NCBI GenBank assembly: GCA_041660065.1
Contig: JBAZXC010000004.1
Location: forward strand, 10,098-74,097
Reading direction: 5' to 3'
Length of the DNA stretch: 64,000 nt
Origin: Parcubacteria group bacterium
GTDB taxonomy: Bacteria; Patescibacteriota; Minisyncoccia; Moranbacterales; GCA-2747515
The notes below the pieces were generated by a model. The model had not been told where the DNA came from and did no database searches. It was given only the letters and a program-made list of their open reading frames with translations. The position numbers were made by a program, and so were the translations under genes. Positions 1 through 10,087 of the stretch are shown piece after piece (the first letter of the stretch is position 1; the number at the start of each line of letters is the position of its first letter).

Positions 1-156
1 TAGTAATGATGCAATAGTGGTGACGGATAACAATGTTTTCCGTGATGTGCTAGCAGTAAAAATTACGCCGAGTATCTATGAGGGGACGATCTGTTTTGGT
101 ACGCAGGAAAATTTTGAACAGAAACGATATGAATCATAAAACAATCACAGAGGAGA

Positions 157-1128
157 ATGGCCATGTTTATACGATCGATCAAAGAAGTGGTAACTTATCT
201 GACATGGGAAGCAAAAAGGTACGGCAACGGATGTAAGAAGGTATATGTTTCTTTGTCCGGTGGCGTGGATTCTGCAGTTGTGGCGATGATATTGGTCAAA
301 GCTTTCGGCAAAGAAAATGTCGTAGCGGTGTATCGTGATATTCGTAGCAACCCAGAGCATGAGGCAGATGCCATAATACTTGCGAAGGCATTGGGTTTTC
401 AACTGATCTGTCTGGATCTCAATCCGATCTATGATGCATTTTTGGACAATGTCCAAAAACAATTTATAGAGAATGATCTGCCATGGCTAAAGGAAGGCGA
501 GCAGATCAATGGCGAGACGTGGGTGAATGTATATGCGTCGCTCAAGTCTCGGATGATGACGCCGTTTGCAGGATTTATTGCCAAGGCCGTTGATGGTGGC
601 AATGGCAGGATCTATGGCACAGGCAATCTCGAAGAGGATTTCCTTTTGCGGTATTATGATAAATTTGGTGATGGTGCAGTGGATAATAACATTCTCGTCG
701 GACTGACCAAAATGGAAGTGCGGCAAATCGCGTTGTGGTTTGGTGAAAAGTATAATGCACCAATTTGCAAAAAGATCGCGGAAAAAATTCCTTCTGCTGA
801 TCTGCAAGCAAATGGCAATATGCATAATGATGAGAATGAACTGACGATGATTGCACGGTCGTACGGGTTTGATATCCGCCTGTCTTATGGCACATGCACG
901 GAAGAGGGTAATATCGCATGGATCTGCAAGCAGGATCTGGATCTCGGTGTGGTGCGTGGTAGACGTGCACGATGGACCGATGCCCTTCAGTCAAAACTTG
1001 GCTATACAGGTGAACAGGTACAACTCACCATGTTCATGCGCAAAATGGAAAAAGCGACGCGGCACAAAGCACTGGGCATCCCCGGTGTGACACGTCCGCA
1101 ATTGCGCAAGGCTTGTTTGGTTGACTGA
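157..1128 (+). CDS. nadE: NH3-dependent NAD+ synthetase
   Basis: SLSGGVDSAVVA PP-loop, GTGN..E, YYDKFGDGAVD, LTKMEVRQIA and IPSADL motifs; RBS GAGGAG upstream. Confidence 0.85.
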   Translation: MAMFIRSIKEVVTYLTWEAKRYGNGCKKVYVSLSGGVDSAVVAMILVKAFGKENVVAVYRDIRSNPEHEADAIILAKALGFQLICLDLNPIYDAFLDNVQKQFIENDLPWLKEGEQINGETWVNVYASLKSRMMTPFAGFIAKAVDGGNGRIYGTGNLEEDFLLRYYDKFGDGAVDNNILVGLTKMEVRQIALWFGEKYNAPICKKIAEKIPSADLQANGNMHNDENELTMIARSYGFDIRLSYGTCTEEGNIAWICKQDLDLGVVRGRRARWTDALQSKLGYTGEQVQLTMFMRKMEKATRHKALGIPGVTRPQLRKACLVD

Positions 1129-1197
1129 TGATCAATACACTTTTTTAAAAAAAGAACTTCCACGCGACAGAATTGTTGCGTGGAAGTTTTCATTTTC

Positions 1198-1518
1198 TCA
1201 GCGGCTACTGAGACATTCATTTGCGGTGAGTGTTGGCTCTGCAGTGTGGCCAGTGACAGCGGTGAATGTTACACTTGCAAATTCTCCCGATATGAAGAGA
1301 GAGTTTTTTAATCGCTCCAAGAACCTGGTCACGTCGTCGTTTCCAATGAGACAAAACAACGTTGCCTCGCCCAGGCGTGATGTTGCGCGTACGCTGAAGT
1401 TTTCACTCAATGCCACGTTTTCGATCTTGGCGATCAGTTTATCAATTTTTTGTCCATTGCGGTTATTGCTTAGACCGTTGATGCCGGGATGCATTGCAAA
1501 AACAAGCGTTGTTGACAT
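1198..1518 (-). CDS. hypothetical protein
   Basis: 106-aa ORF with AAGGAG RBS on the minus strand. Confidence 0.55.
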   Translation of the reverse strand: MSTTLVFAMHPGINGLSNNRNGQKIDKLIAKIENVALSENFSVRATSRLGEATLFCLIGNDDVTRFLERLKNSLFISGEFASVTFTAVTGHTAEPTLTANECLSSR

Positions 1519-1743
1519 GAGCGTCTCCTTTTGGTGTGGGTGAGATATATATTATATATCGTTAATTTTCCTCTTTGTAGCATTTTTCAAAAAACGGTGA
1601 ACAAATGATCGTAGCATGAGAAATCGGCTGTGTCAATAAAAACGTCCTGTATTTTTTGGGTATCCATTTTTATATATGCTACTATGTGGATGTATGTAAT
1701 CTTTGGGGAAGATGATGAAATAATTGTAAAATACGATGCGTAT

Positions 1744-2052
1744 ATGATACACAATTTATGGATGGAATTTGATATCGACATCGGACTGCTTATTTTTGTG
1801 GCGTATTTTTTGATCGATGCGATGTATGCTGTATATACACTGTCTGTTGTAAAGAAAAAACCATTTACGTCGGCATCGATCGGCGCAGTGATGCATTTTT
1901 TACTTGCGTTTGGCGTGATCAATTATGTGCAAAACTATCTCTATATTGTCCCGCTTGCCATTGGATCATTTTGCGGGACATATGTTGTCGTTTTTTACGA
2001 ACGGAGGTTTTCAAAAAAAGTTTCTGAAATTATAAAAAAGACCGAGGAATAA
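1744..2052 (+). CDS. small integral membrane protein
   Basis: Three hydrophobic segments; start uncertain (ORF is open from 1630). Confidence 0.6.
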   Translation: MIHNLWMEFDIDIGLLIFVAYFLIDAMYAVYTLSVVKKKPFTSASIGAVMHFLLAFGVINYVQNYLYIVPLAIGSFCGTYVVVFYERRFSKKVSEIIKKTEE

Positions 2053-2076
2053 ACTGATTCCGTCGGTCTCCACACC

Positions 2077-2379
2077 TCAATGTGCAAATCGTTTTTTTAG
2101 TTCAGAAAAAATCATGTTAGCATCGATTTCGTTTGGAACTGAGATGTAATGGATTGTAAGAAGTTCTTTCTTACGTGAAATTCCAGGGATCGAGGATACT
2201 AGAACACAACCGAATTCTGACAAAAAATTTATGATTTGCAGGGTGTGAATATTTGTCTCAAATGTAATCGTGACGTAAGTCTCAATGTTTTTTTGAAAAT
2301 AGTAGAGACTCACTTCTCTTGTCTCTGATTGTACTGGGCCAATTGTGATTTCTGCATATCTCTGATCCATCGTCTTCAC
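2077..2379 (-). CDS. hypothetical protein
   Basis: 100-aa ORF, GAGGAG near the start. Confidence 0.5.
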   Translation of the reverse strand: MKTMDQRYAEITIGPVQSETREVSLYYFQKNIETYVTITFETNIHTLQIINFLSEFGCVLVSSIPGISRKKELLTIHYISVPNEIDANMIFSELKKRFAH

Positions 2380-2576
2380 TCCTCTAGTTGGTTATAAATG
2401 AACTGCTGTTTTGGAAGAATAATAATAGCATAAATATAAAATATTGTCAATATTTACTTTATTTACTATTATTGGCAAGATATAATGAAATAAGTGTTGC
2501 TATGAAAAATTCATTCTATTGTTATTTACCAATCAGGATAAACGTGTGATCAAAAATCCACGGGAAGGAGGCATGT

Positions 2577-3158
2577 ATGGAAAAGAACTTTTTATGGTCC
2601 AGGGAGGGTCATGTATGTAACAAATTGTCATCGGCAACGCCAGATCATACAGAGGAAAATCCTGTACCGGATGATTGGGCGCATAGAGTCAGGCATTTCC
2701 TTTATCAGGGAGGGGATTGCATGTATCAGAAGCCGCGACCAGTGGAGAAAAGTGCAGAACAGAATGTGTTGCCAATCGCGGACCTGCGTTTGCTGGAGAG
2801 TCTTCTTGCGAAAGTAAAAGAAAAAGTATCCGTAGATGGCTCAGGGCACATGTTTGGTAGCGATGATCCTTTTGCGATGTTTTTTCCGGATCTTGAACGA
2901 TTTCTCCGTGAGCGCAGATGTGCAGAATTGCGTGCAAACAAAAAAACCGGCGAAAAATTCACGCTTGATGATCTGGCATACATATTCAATGAATATGATA
3001 ATAAAACATTTGTCGGTGGCATCGCTCTCCTTATCGGGATGAGAGACGGCTTCCATCCGGATTTTATCCAATTGAGAGAAGATCTGTATCATCTGGGTAT
3101 TACATTTGATGATGTAGAAATGCAGGGTAAAACGCTTGCACAATATCTCACATCCTGA
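2577..3158 (+). CDS. hypothetical protein
   Basis: AAGGAGG RBS before ATG 2577 (alternative ATG 2721); followed by a terminator. Confidence 0.6.
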   Translation: MEKNFLWSREGHVCNKLSSATPDHTEENPVPDDWAHRVRHFLYQGGDCMYQKPRPVEKSAEQNVLPIADLRLLESLLAKVKEKVSVDGSGHMFGSDDPFAMFFPDLERFLRERRCAELRANKKTGEKFTLDDLAYIFNEYDNKTFVGGIALLIGMRDGFHPDFIQLREDLYHLGITFDDVEMQGKTLAQYLTS

Positions 3159-3161
3159 AAT

Positions 3162-3194
3162 AAACCTTCCGCGGTTACATGGCGGAAGGTTTTT
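3162..3194 (+). terminator. intrinsic terminator
   Basis: AAACCTTCCGC...GCGGAAGGTTTT hairpin plus T tract. Confidence 0.7.
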
Positions 3195-3277
3195 CTTTTT
3201 TAAAAAATTAGTGTAGTAAATAGTGAAAATGAAAGAGCCATCATACACATTGTGTGTACGATGGCTCTGCTGAGTTT

Positions 3278-4021
3278 TTAGAATTTGTACGTCAGATTTG
3301 TGCCAAGAACTTCTTCTGTGCCCTCACGATCGGCAGCGCCAAAGACCGGAGTGGTCGCCTTCAAAAAAATCGGTTTGAAAGTGAGTTTCTCACTCAATTT
3401 CCAGTCGAGTCCGGTTTCAATGAGCAAGATCATGCCACTGTCGGATGTACCATCACCGAGATCAAAGACGCCGGCACCTTTGCTCTTAAGAGTGAATGCG
3501 TCGCTGATCTTCCACTGATGCAGTGTGCCGAGAAACAGGGTATTCTTGTTTCTGCCATCGTCTGTGGTAAAGTCGAATTCACCGCGTGCAAATGGCGTGA
3601 AGCGGGTAGCTGTTTTGAGTTGTGCTTCCACAAAAAACTCAACAGTATCGGGGCTGGAAAAGAGAGTAGGACAATCAAAATATGCGAATCCGACATCCAG
3701 GTTGACACTTCGACCCCAGATCGTGTAATCACGATTTTTGGCGGCGATCAAGTCGATCTCGCCGCCATCGTTTTCGACAAATTCCCCGTTGAAATTTGTC
3801 GATAGCCACGCTTCGACGCGGAACCCTTTGTAGTAAAGGGATGCATCCGTTTGGGATACGCCTCTGTTGCTAAACATGAATCCGCCATTGCCCAGGTAGC
3901 CTGTGCGAAGATCTTCGGAAATACTCCCGGTGATACTGTCTTCTCCTGCCACAGCGGCGGAGATGGAACAGAACGAAAACAACATTGTCACAGCACAAAA
4001 TAAAACAGTAAATTTTCTCAT
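3278..4021 (-). CDS. secreted beta-barrel-like protein (outer-membrane porin-like, TorF/Gcw_chp-like)
   Basis: N-terminal signal peptide, alternating amphipathic beta strands, C-terminal LGTNLTYKF ending in Phe; GGAGG RBS. Confidence 0.6.
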   Translation of the reverse strand: MRKFTVLFCAVTMLFSFCSISAAVAGEDSITGSISEDLRTGYLGNGGFMFSNRGVSQTDASLYYKGFRVEAWLSTNFNGEFVENDGGEIDLIAAKNRDYTIWGRSVNLDVGFAYFDCPTLFSSPDTVEFFVEAQLKTATRFTPFARGEFDFTTDDGRNKNTLFLGTLHQWKISDAFTLKSKGAGVFDLGDGTSDSGMILLIETGLDWKLSEKLTFKPIFLKATTPVFGAADREGTEEVLGTNLTYKF

Positions 4022-4174
4022 ATTTCCCTCCAGTAATGAGATTTTCGGGTTTATGCCGTATCTACCACTACGGTTTTAAGGAACTGATACGGAAACCCCA
4101 CTCTAGCACAAAATAGCATCTCTGTCAAAGAAAATTTTTGTAGTATAATGAGGCTGTAACTTTAATATTTTTTT

Positions 4175-4978
4175 GTGAAAATTATTACATGGAATGTCAA
4201 CGGTTTGCGTGCTGTTGAGCGAAAAGGGGAATTGGAACATCTGATTGCTGTGCAACGACCGGACTTCTTGCTTTTACAAGAGATCAAAGGGAAGCGGGAG
4301 CAATTCAGTTCTTTTTTGACAGAGCATGAATCGTATGAGCAGTTTTATCACAGCGCAGAAAAACCCGGGTATGCGGGAACGGGTGTGTGGATGCATAAGA
4401 AATTTGCTGATGCATATACGACAAAGATCAATTTCAACACACATGTGCCAGATGCGCCAAATCATGACGAAGGGCGCATGTCTCATCTCACATTTACTCA
4501 TGGCAAAAAGATATATGATATTTTGTCGATCTATTTTCCCAATGGAGGAAAGAGTCCGCAGGCATGGAAGGAAAAATTGATCTTTTTTGATAAGGTGCTG
4601 GATTTTATGAATGATCTGCGTGCGCAGGGTCACAGGGTGATCGTGGGAGGAGATATGAATGTGGCGCATGAAGCGATCGATCTCGCGAGACCGAAAGAGA
4701 ATGATGGTCATATCGGCTTTCATCCGGATGAGCGTGCATGGATGGATCATGTGATAGCGGACAAGTGGGTGGATGTGTGGCGTGCAATCAATCCTAGTGT
4801 GACGGACGTCTATTCGTGGTGGGATTCATATACGCATGCACGGGACAGAAATGTGGGATGGCGGATCGATTATTTTTTCATCGATAAAAAGCAGTTAAAA
4901 AATGTACAAGAGATCGCATATCTCAACGAACAATACGGTTCGGATCATTGCCCGCTTCTGATGGACTTTAAAATGTAG
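4175..4978 (+). CDS. xth: exodeoxyribonuclease III
   Basis: ITWNVNGLRA, LQEIK, GDMNVAH, GWRIDYF and SDHCP motifs. Confidence 0.95.
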   Translation: MKIITWNVNGLRAVERKGELEHLIAVQRPDFLLLQEIKGKREQFSSFLTEHESYEQFYHSAEKPGYAGTGVWMHKKFADAYTTKINFNTHVPDAPNHDEGRMSHLTFTHGKKIYDILSIYFPNGGKSPQAWKEKLIFFDKVLDFMNDLRAQGHRVIVGGDMNVAHEAIDLARPKENDGHIGFHPDERAWMDHVIADKWVDVWRAINPSVTDVYSWWDSYTHARDRNVGWRIDYFFIDKKQLKNVQEIAYLNEQYGSDHCPLLMDFKM

Positions 4979-4985
4979 CAATACA

Positions 4986-5349
4986 TGTCATCCTGAACTC
5001 GTTTCAGGATCTCATATCCTAAAAAATAAACATGAAACAATATTGTGTGTACATTTTAACAAATTCACGTAAGACAGTTTTATATATTGGTGTCACGAGT
5101 AATTTGCAAAAACGTGTACATGAGCATAAAAGTAAGCTTGTTGATGGTTTTACAAAAAAATATAATGTTGATAGATTGGTTTATTTTGAACAAACTGAAG
5201 ATGTTTTGAGTGCATTGAGAAGAGAAAAACAATTAAAAAATTGGCATAGGGGGTGGAAAAACAATTTGATATCGCAATTTAATCCAGATTGGAGTGATTT
5301 GACGAGTTCTATTATTTAGCTGAGATCCTGAAACGAGTTCAGGATGACA
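4986..5349. mobile_element. REP-flanked GIY-YIG element
   Basis: Perfect 29-bp inverted repeats TGTCATCCTGAACTCGTTTCAGGATCTCA (4986-5014) and its reverse complement (5321-5349) enclosing one gene. Confidence 0.7.
5032..5319 (+). CDS. GIY-YIG nuclease family protein
   Basis: YCVYILT...LYIGVTSNLQKRVHEHK...GFTKKYNVDRLVYFE...REKQLKNW. Confidence 0.92.
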   Translation: MKQYCVYILTNSRKTVLYIGVTSNLQKRVHEHKSKLVDGFTKKYNVDRLVYFEQTEDVLSALRREKQLKNWHRGWKNNLISQFNPDWSDLTSSII

Positions 5350-5383
5350 ATAAGATTGCAATTATTTTTTTAGGTAGATATTT

Positions 5384-5989
5384 ATGGCAAAAAGACGGGT
5401 GCGACATCATGTGAATCCTCTGGCAGATATGACAGAACATAGTTTTGCCGGTTTTGATAATGATCGACCGATCATTATGGATATTGGTGCGGATCGTGGG
5501 GAATTCACGCAAAAACTCATAGAAAAATTCGGTGATACAAAGAATTTTATCGTCTGTGAAATTCGTAAACCGTTGGCGGAGAGATTGCGTAAAAAGTTTT
5601 CAGATCATGAAAATGTGGCAGTTTTTGACGGTGATATCGTGCGCAATTTTTTAAAGATCATCAAGCCATCTGTTGATAGAGGTGTAATAGTTGAGGAGGT
5701 CTATGTGAATTTTCCCGATCCGTGGTTCAAAGACCGGCACAAAAAACGTCGTGTGATCACGGAGAAATTCGTATTAAAAGTACAAGAATGGATGCCGGCA
5801 GGGACAAAGTGGATATTTCAAACGGATCAAAAGCAGTTATTTGAGGAAACGGTGGAGATGTTGCGTGGTATTGAAGGTGTCACTATTGAATTTTTCAATA
5901 ACACTCCGCATGATGTGACGACCAAGTGGGAAGAAGCAAAAATTGCGCAGAACAGTGTAATTTATCGCATGATGTTTTATATAAAATAA
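5384..5989 (+). CDS. trmB: tRNA (guanine-N7)-methyltransferase
   Basis: RVRHHVNPL, DIGADRG, NFPDPWFKDRHKKRR and QTD motifs. Confidence 0.9.
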   Translation: MAKRRVRHHVNPLADMTEHSFAGFDNDRPIIMDIGADRGEFTQKLIEKFGDTKNFIVCEIRKPLAERLRKKFSDHENVAVFDGDIVRNFLKIIKPSVDRGVIVEEVYVNFPDPWFKDRHKKRRVITEKFVLKVQEWMPAGTKWIFQTDQKQLFEETVEMLRGIEGVTIEFFNNTPHDVTTKWEEAKIAQNSVIYRMMFYIK

Positions 5990-6084
5990 TGTGATTTTGT
6001 CGCATATATTGTGCAAAAAAACTATTGACATCTCATGTTAGAAGAGTACCATACAAATAAATTTGTAATTGTAAGATAAAATTT

Positions 6085-7368
6085 ATGAGAAAAATGGAGT
6101 CATTGAAAGTCGCGGTAATTGGGCTGGGTTATGTGGGCTTACCGCTTGCAGTGAGATCCAAAGAACGAGGTTATGATGTGATCGGTGTAGATTTGGATAA
6201 GAAAAAAGTTGACATGATCAACAAAAAAAAATCTCCCATTGAGGATGATTTTTTGATCGAGAATTTACCGAAATACCCCTTCAGAGCAACTACAGAGGCA
6301 AAAGAGATCAAAAAGGCTGATATTGTCTTGATTTGTGTGCCAACGCCGGTAGATCATCTCTATCAACCTGACCTCGGTCCGGTAGAGGGAGCATGTAAAA
6401 TGGTGGCAGAAAATCTCAAAAATGGTGCATTGGTAGTTTTGGAATCAACGGTCAATCCCGGTGTTTCAGAAGAAGTCGTGAAGCCAATATTTGAATCATA
6501 TGGACATAAGGTTGGAAAAGATGTTCAAATTGCACATTGTCCGGAGAGAATCAATCCCGGTGATCCAAAATGGAATGTGACGAATATCCCGCGCGTTGTC
6601 GGATCTTTTACGCCAAGAGGATTGGCTAAGGCAAAAGCTTTTTATGAGTCGATCGTGGATGGTGAGATTAGAGCAATGAAACATATTCGCGAAGCGGAGG
6701 CGTGCAAAGTTGTAGAGAATTCTTTTCGTGATATCAATATTGCATTTGTCAATGAGCTGGCAAAATCTTTTGACGCTTTAGGAATTGATATTAAAGATGT
6801 AATCGAAGGAGCAAGTACAAAACCGTTTGCTTTTATGGCACATTACCCAGGGAGAGGGATCGGCGGACATTGCATTCCCGTTGATCCATATTACCTTATT
6901 GAAAGAGCAAAAAAGGCGGGATTTGATCATAAGTTTTTGCGCACATCGCGTGAGATCAATAATTCCATGCCGGATTATACTGTGGAGCTTTTGCAGGACA
7001 AACTCAATGAGGCGAAACTTCCTCTTAATGGTACCAATGTGGGTGTTTTGGGCATTGCATATAAGGCTAACGTGGATGATGATCGGGAGTCGCCATTTTA
7101 TGCGATCGTAAAAGCACTGACCAAACATAAAGCAAAAATTCATTCTTTTGATCCGCATGTATTATCCAAATCAACATGCAAGACATTGGAAGCGATCTTG
7201 AAAAAATCAGATGCGTTAATTCTTGTGACCAACCATAAAGAGTTTTCCGGCATCAATGGGAAGTTACTAAAAAAATATGGAATCAAAGTCATTGTTGACG
7301 GCATGAATTGTCTTGATAAAAATGAGATCAAAAAAAGTGGTATTATTTACAAGGGAATTGGAAGGTAA
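6085..7368 (+). CDS. UDP-N-acetyl-D-hexosamine dehydrogenase (nucleotide sugar dehydrogenase)
   Basis: GLGYVGLP, CVPTP, LESTVNPG, PERINPG and GGHCIPVDPYY motifs. Confidence 0.92.
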   Translation: MRKMESLKVAVIGLGYVGLPLAVRSKERGYDVIGVDLDKKKVDMINKKKSPIEDDFLIENLPKYPFRATTEAKEIKKADIVLICVPTPVDHLYQPDLGPVEGACKMVAENLKNGALVVLESTVNPGVSEEVVKPIFESYGHKVGKDVQIAHCPERINPGDPKWNVTNIPRVVGSFTPRGLAKAKAFYESIVDGEIRAMKHIREAEACKVVENSFRDINIAFVNELAKSFDALGIDIKDVIEGASTKPFAFMAHYPGRGIGGHCIPVDPYYLIERAKKAGFDHKFLRTSREINNSMPDYTVELLQDKLNEAKLPLNGTNVGVLGIAYKANVDDDRESPFYAIVKALTKHKAKIHSFDPHVLSKSTCKTLEAILKKSDALILVTNHKEFSGINGKLLKKYGIKVIVDGMNCLDKNEIKKSGIIYKGIGR

Positions 7369-7379
7369 AAAAAATAAAA

Positions 7380-7413
7380 AAACACCTCCCGAAAGATTGG
7401 GAGGTGTTTTTTT
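7380..7413. terminator. bidirectional intrinsic terminator
   Basis: AAACACCTCC...GGAGGTGTTTTTT between convergent genes. Confidence 0.75.
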
Positions 7414-7414
7414 A

Positions 7415-7786
7415 TCATGTCGTTTCAAGGACTTTCTGTACTTCTTCGGCAATTTGATTTGGCGTGTAGTCGGATTTTCGGAGAAATTTGTCGGCACCTG
7501 ATTTGAGGGCGCGTTCTTCTTCTTGCTGATTACTGAGATTGCTGACGACGATAGTCTTGCAGGAAATCGCGTGATTGTTTTTGAGGGCGTCAAGAACAGT
7601 AAATCCATCCATCTTTGGCATCATCAGATCAAGTAATATTACATCAGGTTTGAATTCTGCGGCTCTCATCGCTCCGCGCAGTCCATCCGGCTCGGAACAA
7701 ACGTCATAATCCTTTAATCGTAGGACAGCTTCATACATCTCTCGGATTTCCGCATGATCGTCGATGATCAATACCTTTTTCTTCAT
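7415..7786 (-). CDS. single-domain response regulator
   Basis: VLIIDD, ILLDLMMPKMDG and FLRKS receiver motifs. Confidence 0.92.
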   Translation of the reverse strand: MKKKVLIIDDHAEIREMYEAVLRLKDYDVCSEPDGLRGAMRAAEFKPDVILLDLMMPKMDGFTVLDALKNNHAISCKTIVVSNLSNQQEEERALKSGADKFLRKSDYTPNQIAEEVQKVLETT

Positions 7787-7803
7787 AACATTATGGTTAA
7801 AAA

Positions 7804-9591
7804 TTATTTTTTAATATTCAATATGACGTAGAAATCACTTCCTTCTCCAAGTGTACTTGCTACGTAAATATCGCCACCGAGTTGCGTGATCAATTTTTTT
7901 GCAATTGGGAGACCCAAGCCGGAACCTCCGGATATACGCTTCATATGCCCCCCAACCTGTTTGAATTTTTTGAAAATATCATGTAAATCTTCTGTTGCAA
8001 TACCAATGCCGTTGTCTTTAACGTGTATTTCAATTCTATCAGAATCAAGTTTTTTCGTAAAAATTTCTATTTTGCCGATGTCAGGTTTTGTGAATTTGAT
8101 GGCATTATCGATCAAATTGATGATGATACGTCGCAATTGAGTTGGGTCTGTCATAATGCGCACATGAGGATTTGTCGCGTGGAATATAAGGGCTTTGTTT
8201 TCTGTGGCACAGCGCATACGAAAATCGCTGTAAGTTTTTTCGATCAAGTCACTGAGGTTCACATCCTCAATATCAAATTGCATTTTTCCAGACTCCAATT
8301 TTTCCAGATCAAGCATGTTTGACACCATTTCCAACAGTTTATCCGTGTTATTGATGATTTTTTCTGTGTAATTTTTTTGTGTCTCATTTACTTCACCAAA
8401 CATTCCGTTCAATAACATCGATGCAAAGCCCTTAATGATCGTAAGGGGCGTCCTGAGTTCATGTGAGGTGATCGAGATGATCTCATTCTTCATTTTATCA
8501 ACCTTCTTTAACTCCTTGTAGGATTTCTGCATGTTTTCACGGAGTTTTCTTTTCTCTGTGATATTTTCTACGGAGGCGTCAAAATATAAAGCATTTTTTC
8601 CTGGAATGATCTTCCCATATATTTTTATCCAGAGAGCGTTATTTTTGAATGTCAATATCTCGAGTTCCTCTCCTATAACCTCATGTTTTTTTAAAAGTAA
8701 GTTTTTGAATTTTTCTTTTTCATCCTTGTTCTTGAAAAAATCAATAAAGTCAAAATCTGGTTTTTGCAGATGTTTCTTATCGGGGATTTCCAAGAGTTCG
8801 AGAAGGGCATTATTCCATAGAAGCGGTGGGGCGGGCTTATCCATGCGGATGCGAAACATACCAATTGGCAGGTGTTGGATCAATGACACAAACTCAGATT
8901 TTAAAAGGTTTTTTTGCTCCTCAATTTTTGATCCAACTCTAAGGATGAAGGCGAGTAATCCGATCAAAAGGATTAAAATCAAAAGAATGATCCCAATGAT
9001 GCGCCACATGATCGTAACAATCTCTTTTTGAACATCATCGATATACATTCCTGTGCCAATCAGCCATCCCCATGGTTTAAATACGGTCACATGAGATAGC
9101 TTCGGCACTGCGATCGAAGTGTCACCGTGTTTTGGCATCCACATATATTTTACATAGCCCTCCTCGTCATTTCTTGCCATAGCAAGCATAACGGCGCCAA
9201 AGTTGTAGCCGTTTTCATCGGAGAGGTTTTCCAAGTTGGTGCCACGTACCGTGTCGTATGGATGGATAAAAATAATGCCGTCATTGACATTATTTACCCA
9301 AAAATAGTCATCGCCATTTTTGCCGTAACGATAATTGCTGATGATCTCTGTGGCGATTTTTTTTGCTTCTTCCTCATCTAACTCGCCGGAAATAACTCTG
9401 TCATTGAGATTATTCAGTGTTGCAATCAACAGACTTGACATTTCATGGAGCATGTACTGTTTTTCGCTCATGAGAGACTGATTGATGCGGGGAATGATAT
9501 AAAATGCAAACGCGGATGTGGTAAAAATCACAAAAAGCACTGTGATAAATGCGACTTTGCCGAATGTTGTGCTGAGCATTTTTTTGAACAT
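7804..9591 (-). CDS. Cache-domain sensor histidine kinase
   Basis: Two TM helices around an sCache_2-like region (RYGKNGDDYFWVN, WGWLIGTGMYIDD), a PAS-like region, SHELRTPL and NLIDNAIKF/DNGIGI/GSGLGL. Confidence 0.92.
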   Translation of the reverse strand: MFKKMLSTTFGKVAFITVLFVIFTTSAFAFYIIPRINQSLMSEKQYMLHEMSSLLIATLNNLNDRVISGELDEEEAKKIATEIISNYRYGKNGDDYFWVNNVNDGIIFIHPYDTVRGTNLENLSDENGYNFGAVMLAMARNDEEGYVKYMWMPKHGDTSIAVPKLSHVTVFKPWGWLIGTGMYIDDVQKEIVTIMWRIIGIILLILILLIGLLAFILRVGSKIEEQKNLLKSEFVSLIQHLPIGMFRIRMDKPAPPLLWNNALLELLEIPDKKHLQKPDFDFIDFFKNKDEKEKFKNLLLKKHEVIGEELEILTFKNNALWIKIYGKIIPGKNALYFDASVENITEKRKLRENMQKSYKELKKVDKMKNEIISITSHELRTPLTIIKGFASMLLNGMFGEVNETQKNYTEKIINNTDKLLEMVSNMLDLEKLESGKMQFDIEDVNLSDLIEKTYSDFRMRCATENKALIFHATNPHVRIMTDPTQLRRIIINLIDNAIKFTKPDIGKIEIFTKKLDSDRIEIHVKDNGIGIATEDLHDIFKKFKQVGGHMKRISGGSGLGLPIAKKLITQLGGDIYVASTLGEGSDFYVILNIKK

Positions 9592-9706
9592 GGGATTGAT
9601 ATGATGCTTTTTAGCAACGGTATTGTGTCAAAAAGGAATGATGTATTCTGTCTCCATAATACCATGAGTTGTGGTATTATATAAGTAGGTTTTAAATTTA
9701 AAAGAT

Positions 9707-10081
9707 ATGGATAAAGCAGTGTATTGGGCATTTCTCATTGTGATCGCATTCGGACTGTTCTTTTGGTATATGGTGGCACACTCAATGTATGATCTTACAA
9801 AAGAAAAACAAAAAACATTTGCAACAGATGAATGTACGATGTTTGTGAATGGATCGTGGAAAGAATGTTGTATCGCACATGATCGTGATTACTGGCAGGG
9901 AGGCTCTATGGATGCGCGCCAAGCATCAGATAAAAGATTTGAAGAGTGTATTTATGTAAAAACACAAAACAAGCCGTTGTCACTTGGCGCGTATGTGATG
10001 ATCCGTATTGGTGGCGTGCCATATCTTGCTACGCCGTGGCGCTGGGGGTATGGGTGGTCTTTTGGAAAAGAATATCGGTAG
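9707..10081 (+). CDS. membrane-anchored protein with phospholipase A2-like CxxHD motif
   Basis: N-terminal TM; DECT...WKECCIAHDRDYW...SDKRFEECI. Confidence 0.5.
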   Translation: MDKAVYWAFLIVIAFGLFFWYMVAHSMYDLTKEKQKTFATDECTMFVNGSWKECCIAHDRDYWQGGSMDARQASDKRFEECIYVKTQNKPLSLGAYVMIRIGGVPYLATPWRWGYGWSFGKEYR

Positions 10082-10087
10082 ATCTTT

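Noticed and set aside
3254-3805. 183-aa plus-strand ORF and other long antisense ORFs (e.g. 17947-18558, 35033-35704, 41418-42131)
   Set aside because: They are shadows of well-supported genes on the opposite strand and have no recognisable motifs or RBS.
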